Source: Eledone cirrhosa (Eukaryota). Taken from it: a DNA stretch of 57,838 nucleotides. Both the position numbers and the translations under genes were made by a program. Positions 44,256 to 57,838 of the stretch are shown in pieces (within the stretch, counting starts at the first letter, position 1; the number at the start of each line of letters is the position of its first letter). The stretch is taken from positions 1 to 57,838 of the forward strand of contig CAXHJY010001525.1 of NCBI GenBank assembly GCA_964016885.1, in the 5' to 3' direction. The notes beneath the pieces were generated by a model that saw nothing but the letters and a program-made list of their open reading frames with translations, was not told the origin of the DNA and did not search any database.

Positions 44256-46128
44256 GGAAAAGACCATAAAACGGGCAGTGACCCTGTCACGAGACCACCA
44301 ACACGGCCAGTCTGTGGGGCTAACATTGCTCGTAACTACAGACTGTCCTACTTCCTCTCCCTGATCATACGCCCCATCATTGAAATGTCCCCAGATGTAT
44401 GTGACAGCACGGAGGACCTCCTCAGCAGAATCGGCGAGAGTAACCGATCTAGGGACCTAACAAACTGCATAATAGGTAGTATGGATGTTGTGTCCCTGTA
44501 TCCATCTATTGATGTGGATTTGGCTGTGGAGAAATGCATAGAAATGATCAGTGAGAGCAATGTTGAGTTCCGTAGGATTGATACCTGTGAGCTGGGACTC
44601 CTACTTAAACTTACCTATAGTAATAATTATCTAGACACATATGACCTTAGCAACCTGTGCCCTACAAGACCAGCAAGAGGCAGACCACCTACCATTACCT
44701 CAATGGCCAAGAAAACCCACACAGATAGATGGAACGGGTGGACCAGAGCCATACGGACCCCCGAAAACCACGATGAACTAAAGAAAATGATTGCACATGC
44801 GGTGGGGGCCAGCATAAAATTAACCCTTCAGGAACATATGTTCAAATTTAATGGAAAAACATATGCCCAAGAGAAGGGAGCAGCCATTGGTGTTAGCATT
44901 GCAGGTGACATAGCTAACTTATTCATGGTATGGTGGGACAGTAGACTTAAACTTAAAGAACAATTGGAAGACCCCTTAACCCTGATAATGTACTCTCGCT
45001 ATGTTGATGATATAAACATCGTAGTTAAAACACCCCCACTAGAGAACAGTCAGGAATTAGAGAAAAACACAATGGAAAGCATCCAGCAAATAGCTAACTC
45101 CATCCACCAAAGTATCAGAGTTACTATAGAAAACCCAAGCAAACACCCCAACCATCGATTACCTGTACTAGACACAGAGCCCTAGTTAGATACCATTAAT
45201 AACAAACAACAAATCCTCCATTCCCATTATGCCAAACCTATGGCTTCCAAATATCTGATCCACCGAAACTCAGCTGTTTCAGACCATGCCAAAATCAACA
45301 TACTGATTGCGGATTTGGTACGGGTGATGAGAAACGTGTCCCACATATGCAACCCCCGGAGAACTAGAGAGACACATACAACACTTCATCCACCGTATGC
45401 AGTTCTCTGGTTACAATCAGAGAGATAAATCAGAGTGTATAGAGGAGCAAGAACCAAATGGTAAAAAATGGTAAATAATGACACAAATGGGACCTGCCCC
45501 TTGTATAGGAGCAAATTTTGGAATAGAATAGAAAGAACTAGGAATAAGGCTAATAGAATAAACTCATGGTATGATAGCAATAAATACCAGAGTGTAATGT
45601 TCATCGATACAACCCCTAGAGGTGAATTAGCTTACAAATTTAGAAGGGCCCTAGATAAACAAACTCAATATTAAGATAGTAGAAAGACCAGATACATCCG
45701 TAAAAACACTTATTAGCAAGACATACCCTTTTCAAAGACCCCCCTGTATAGATAAGAAATGTATAACCTGTAAATTAAGCCCCCATATTAACTGTAAAAC
45801 TAGAAATGTAGTATATAGCATAAGATGTACTGAAGGACAATGTAGAGATAAAAATATAGTGTACATAGGTGAGACAGCCCGTAGTGTAGAGGATAGGATA
45901 AATGAACACTGGCGAGACCTTCAAGATAGTAAAGAATCATCTGTACTCAACCAACATGCTAAAATAGAACATAAGGGTAAATTAGAGAACATAGAAATAA
46001 AAATAGAACCTACACACAGAAAAGACGCAATGTTTAGACAAATCACAGAGGCAATAAACATAAAAGAATTACAACCAAAATTAAATAGAAAACATGAGTG
46101 GAACAGCAACATCACAACTTACAATTAA
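44256..46128 (+). pseudogene. Penelope RT-GIY-YIG polyprotein, interrupted
   Basis: Split across track ORFs 44385-45185, 45240-45428, 45468-45674 and 45859-46128 by stops and frameshifts. Confidence 0.88.
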
Positions 46129-46329
46129 GGACAAAATGAAAACACAGATGCACATAGAAAAAACAACCAACCAGTAACATGTAAATAAACAAATAAATAA
46201 ACGAATATAAACACACACAGACACCCGGATGTGGCGCATGCGCAGACTGAGCACACAACACACACACAGAAACATGATGGCGTAGGACAGAACAAAGGAG
46301 AGGCACAAAAACAAAGAAAAGAAACCCCA

Positions 46330-46372
46330 GTCACTGAAGAGGTCACAGAATGTGTGACGAAAGAACTTTGAC
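46330..46372 (+). ncRNA. Minimal hammerhead ribozyme of the Penelope pseudo-LTR
   Basis: GTCA-CTGAAGA-G-GTCACA(GAATG)TGTGAC-GAAA-G(AA)C-T-T-TGAC, in the position expected for Penelope HHRs. Confidence 0.78.
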
Positions 46373-46740
46373 AATATATAAACAACCATCTGGTTGTGGA
46401 ACCAACCAACCAACCGGTAATTTATAAATTCCTAAATTTATAAATTTATTATCATACATTGAAGTGAAAGCAACTGGTGCGTGTGTCTCTTATTGGCAAC
46501 ATGACCCTCCCAAAGTATAACAATATCGGTTTCAACACACGTTTTCAGATAAAGAATCTTGCTAAACAAATTCAGAAACGAAATATATATATACATATAT
46601 ATATACATATATATATATACATATATATACATATATATATACATATATATATATACATATATATATATACATATATATATATACATATATATATATACAT
46701 ATATATATATACATATATATATATACATATATATATATAC

Positions 46741-46811
<71 letters not shown>

Positions 46812-46828
46812 CATATACATATATATAC

Positions 46829-46885
<57 letters not shown>

Positions 46886-46886
46886 C

Positions 46887-46941
<55 letters not shown>

Positions 46942-46951
46942 CATATATATA

Positions 46952-48110
46952 TGAATATAGACATAGAATATTCGAAAATATTCTGTATGTTTATAATAAA
47001 CATTTTGAAGACCTAATCGCTATAGAATAGAATACGTCACGTATTACAATTAGATTCTCGATAAAAGCAAGGGAAGTAATCTACGCGTTTCATTCTCGTT
47101 AGAAATCATCAGGACTACATACATATCCAGTGCTTTTATCGAGAATGACACAGCTAGAGACTTATAGAATACTTAGCTGTGTACAGGAACTGGTTTGAAA
47201 GAGCGGTTGCCGGTCCGGCAGAAATTAGAAATTGGAATAAATGCTCTGAAATAGCGATATATATGTGAATATAGACATAGAATATTCGAAAATATTCTGT
47301 ATGTTTATAATAAACATTTTGAAGACCTAATCGCTATAGAATAGAATACGTCACGTATTACAATTAGATTCTCGATAAAAGCAAGGGAAGTAATCTACGC
47401 GTTTCATTCTCGTTAGAAATCATCAGGACTACATATCACATATGTCTATATTCACATATATATCGCTATTTCAGAGCATTTATTCCAATTTCTAATTTCT
47501 GCCGGACCGGCAACCGCTCTTTCAAACCAGTTCCTGTACACAGCTAAGTATTCTATAAGTCTCTAGCTGTGTCATTCTCGATAAAAGCACTGGATATGTA
47601 GTCCTGATGATTTCTAACGAGAATGAAACGCGTAGATTACTTCCCTTGCTTTTATCGAGAATCTAATTGTAATACGTGACGTATTCTATTCTATAGCGAT
47701 TAGGTCTTCAAAATGTTTATTATAAACATACAGAATATTTTCGAATATTCTATGTCTATATTCACATATATATCGCTATTTCAGAGCATTTATTCCAATT
47801 TCTAATTTCTGCCGGACCGGCAACCGCTCTTTCAAACCAGTTCCTGTACACAGCTAAGTATTCTATAAGTCTCTAGCTGTGTCATTCTCGATAAAAGCAC
47901 TGGATATGTAGTCCTGATGATTTCTAACGAGAATGAAACGCGTAGATTACTTCCCTTGCTTTTATCGAGAATCTAATTGTAATACGTGACGTATTCTATT
48001 CTATAGCGATTAGGTCTTCAAAATGTTTATTATAAACATACAGAATATTTTCGAATATTCTATGTCTATATTCACATATATATCGCTATTTCAGAGCATT
48101 TATTCCAATT
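46952..48110. mobile_element. Second 310-bp HHR tandem array with internal inversion at 47437/47441
   Basis: Left arm about 1.6 units (HHRs on minus at 47076-47118 and 47390-47432); right arm about 2.2 units (HHRs on plus at 47598-47640 and 47908-47950). Confidence 0.9.
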
Positions 48111-55277
<7,167 letters not shown>

Positions 55278-57378
55278 TCATCATCATCATCATCATCAAC
55301 GTTTAACGTCCGTGTTCCACGCTTGCATGGGTTTGGACGGGGGTAGTCCCACTTGAGGCAAGAGTGATTGTCTTGCTCGCATAGGACTGTCTGGCAGGTT
55401 TTCTACAGTTGGATGCCCTTCCTAACACCAACCACATTTACAGTGTGGGTCTGGGAGGTTTTTACCGTGTTGCCTACACGGCCACATTACAGCGTGGACT
55501 GTGTGTTTTTTTGTCGTGACACCTACACGATCTCATTTGTTTCGGCCCGGATGGCGCGGCACCAACATAACTTTACATAGGACGGGGGTGGTGTGGATGG
55601 GGTGGGGGTGGGGGTGGTGGGACGGGGTGTATTTTGTTAGAGATGCCTACTGGCAAGGCGGGTCTTCTCTGTTACTGAGTACCGCCAAAGGTCTCGGTCC
55701 AGTGACATTGTCTTGGAGAGGTGTAAGTGTGTGAGGTCGGAGTTTATCAGCTCGTCCCAGGTTTTTCTAGGTCTGCCTATTCCGTGGCTACCGTCTATCT
55801 TTATTGCCCTGCACTTTGTTATACAGCTATCGACTTTCATGCGCATCACGTGTCCATACCAACGTAGCCTTCTCTCGAGTAAACAACATCTGATCCCTCT
55901 TATCTCTAATTTTTTCCTTAGTTCGTTTATGCTTTGCCGTTCACGTATATTACTGTTACACATCCAGCGGAGCATGCAAGCTTCGTTCCTCTCTAGTCTG
56001 CGTATATCCTCTGCACACAATGCCCAGGTCTCACTGCCATGCAACATTGCTGTTCGTATGCAGGCATCGTACAACCTGCCTTTCATTTTTAGGGAGAACC
56101 CTTTAGCAGCTAATAGTGGTATAAGCTCTCTGAACTTTTTCCAACCAGTTCTGACTCTAGCTACAGTACTTTCAGAGCACCCTCCCCCACTGCTGATTTT
56201 ATCGCCCAGGTAACGGAAGCTGTCCACTATTTCTATAGAACCCTCTGCGCAATTGAAAGAGCTAGTATTGTGTGGGCACTTGCTGCTACTTATTGCACCA
56301 GAACACCGGCCACATGTAAAATCTATGTTCTTAGTTAGCTTACCTGTGATCCCACTACATCTTTTATGCACCCATACTTTGCATTTAGGACACAAAATGG
56401 AGTTTCTACCTACGCCTTTCCTACACACCGAGCACGACCATTTCCCAGAAGGGACCGCCGCCTTGTTTTCTTTCCTACAAACTAGAACTTTGGTCTTAGC
56501 CAGGTTAATTTTAAGTCCTTTTGACTCTAGGCCGTGCTTCCATGTTTGGAATTTCTTCTCTAGCTCGGCCATTGATTCCGCTATGAGTGTCAGGTCGTCT
56601 GCGTATAGGAGTTCCCATGGGCAGCCTGTCTTGAACTCCTCTGTTATAGCCTGAAGGGCAATAATAAATAGTAGGGGGCTGAGAACAGAGCCCTGATGGA
56701 CGCCAACTTTTACGCTAAACTCTTCACTATATTCGTTGTTAATTCTAACCTTGCTGACTGTTTCTCTATACATGGCTTGTATAGCCCTCACAAGCCATTC
56801 GTCAACGCCTAGTTTTCTAAGAGCCCACCAGATAATGGAGCGGGGGACTCTGTCGAAGGCTTTCTCCAAGTCGACAAAAGCTAAGTAGAGGGGTTTACCT
56901 TTAGCTAGGTACTTCTCCTGTAGTTGTCGTACTATGAAAAGAGCGTCTGTGGTACTTTTGCCTGACACAAACCCGAACTGCATTTCATCTAGGTCAATTC
57001 TCTCTCTGATTAGTTGCGCTATTACTTTTTCTGTGACCTTCATGACCTGGTCGATTAATTTAATGCCTCTATAGTTACTCCTATCTAGGGCGTCTCCTTT
57101 ACCCTTATAACAGTTAACGATGATGCTGCTATGCCAGTCCTTCGGAACAACCCCATTCTGTACGACTTGGTTAACTATGCGGGTGACCATGGTGTGTCCC
57201 ACCGTGCCAGATGCCTTCAGCATCTCAGCAACTATTTCCGAAGGCCCAGCCGCCTTACCTGTCTTCATATCCTTGATTGCCTTACTTATTATACTCCCCT
57301 CGACTAACACTGCTGGTCCCTCTATTGGGTCGACATGGGGGAGACTGTCTTTCTCCCATTTATTCTCCTCATTTAGTA
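55278..57378 (-). mobile_element. RTE-type LINE, subfamily A, 5'-truncated
   Basis: Uninterrupted RT+PHD frame, 3' UTR, (CAT)n at 55278 on the plus strand. Confidence 0.94.
55637..57378 (-). CDS. RTE LINE reverse transcriptase + PHD finger (complete RT domain, no start codon, no endonuclease)
   Basis: [43 protein letters not shown]. The N-terminal Ile/Tyr part of the track ORF is microsatellite. Confidence 0.82.
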
Positions 57379-57838
57379 ACATATATATATATACATATAT
57401 ATATACACATATACATATATATATATATATAAATACATATATACATATATATATACATATATATATATACATATATACATATATACATATATATATACAT
57501 ATATATATATACATATATATATACACATATACATATATATATATATAAATAAATACATATATACATATATATATACATATATATATACATATATATATAT
57601 ACATATATACATATATACATATATATATATACATATATACATATATACATATATATATACATATATATATATACATATATATATACACATATACATATAT
57701 ATATATATAAATACATATATACATATATATATACATATATATATATACATATATATATACACATATACATATATATATACATATATATATATACATATAT
57801 ATATACACATATATGTGTATATATATATATATATATAT
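57379..57838. repeat. Compound (AT)n microsatellite
   Basis: Direct inspection. Confidence 0.96.

Larger units (their letters stand above)
44256..46583 (+). mobile_element. Penelope-like retroelement, 5'-truncated, with 3' pseudo-LTR and hammerhead
   Basis: RT motifs [32 protein letters not shown] and LPVLD; Cys-rich linker; GIY-YIG motif VVYSIRC...YIGETAR..DRINEH; HHR downstream. Confidence 0.93.

Noticed and set aside
46417-46464. Possible short GT-AG intron in the Penelope pseudo-LTR
   Set aside because: The acceptor is weak and the intron very short; it cannot be supported without transcripts.

Overview
Gene-free, repeat-saturated animal DNA. About half of it is compound (AT)n/(ATAC)n microsatellite, and the SINE/LINE content resembles coleoid cephalopod (Octopus-like) genomes; that assignment is recall-based inference. 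Nested in the AT tracts are 5'-truncated RTE-type LINEs (RT with an internal C4HC3 PHD finger, (GAT)n tails), two CR1/L2-type LINE fragments, one decayed Penelope-like element (RT + GIY-YIG) and SINE remnants. The main signal is non-coding. The 310-bp tandem repeat (1-1769, 17288-17484, 46952-48110) carries one type I hammerhead ribozyme (HHR) per unit, and variants between arrays preserve the fold, so it is a retrozyme-like array rather than a plain satellite. A second 466-bp HHR repeat (13566-14233), an HHR in the Penelope 3' repeat and several other HHR remnants are also present. Several insertions share a 5'-end snap-back/inversion geometry, and three of the four visible 3' ends of the 310-bp family fall at the same AU-rich site. 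Together this suggests a Penelope-driven, (AT)n-targeted ribozyme retroelement system. The long Ile/Tyr ORFs in the track are microsatellite artefacts.
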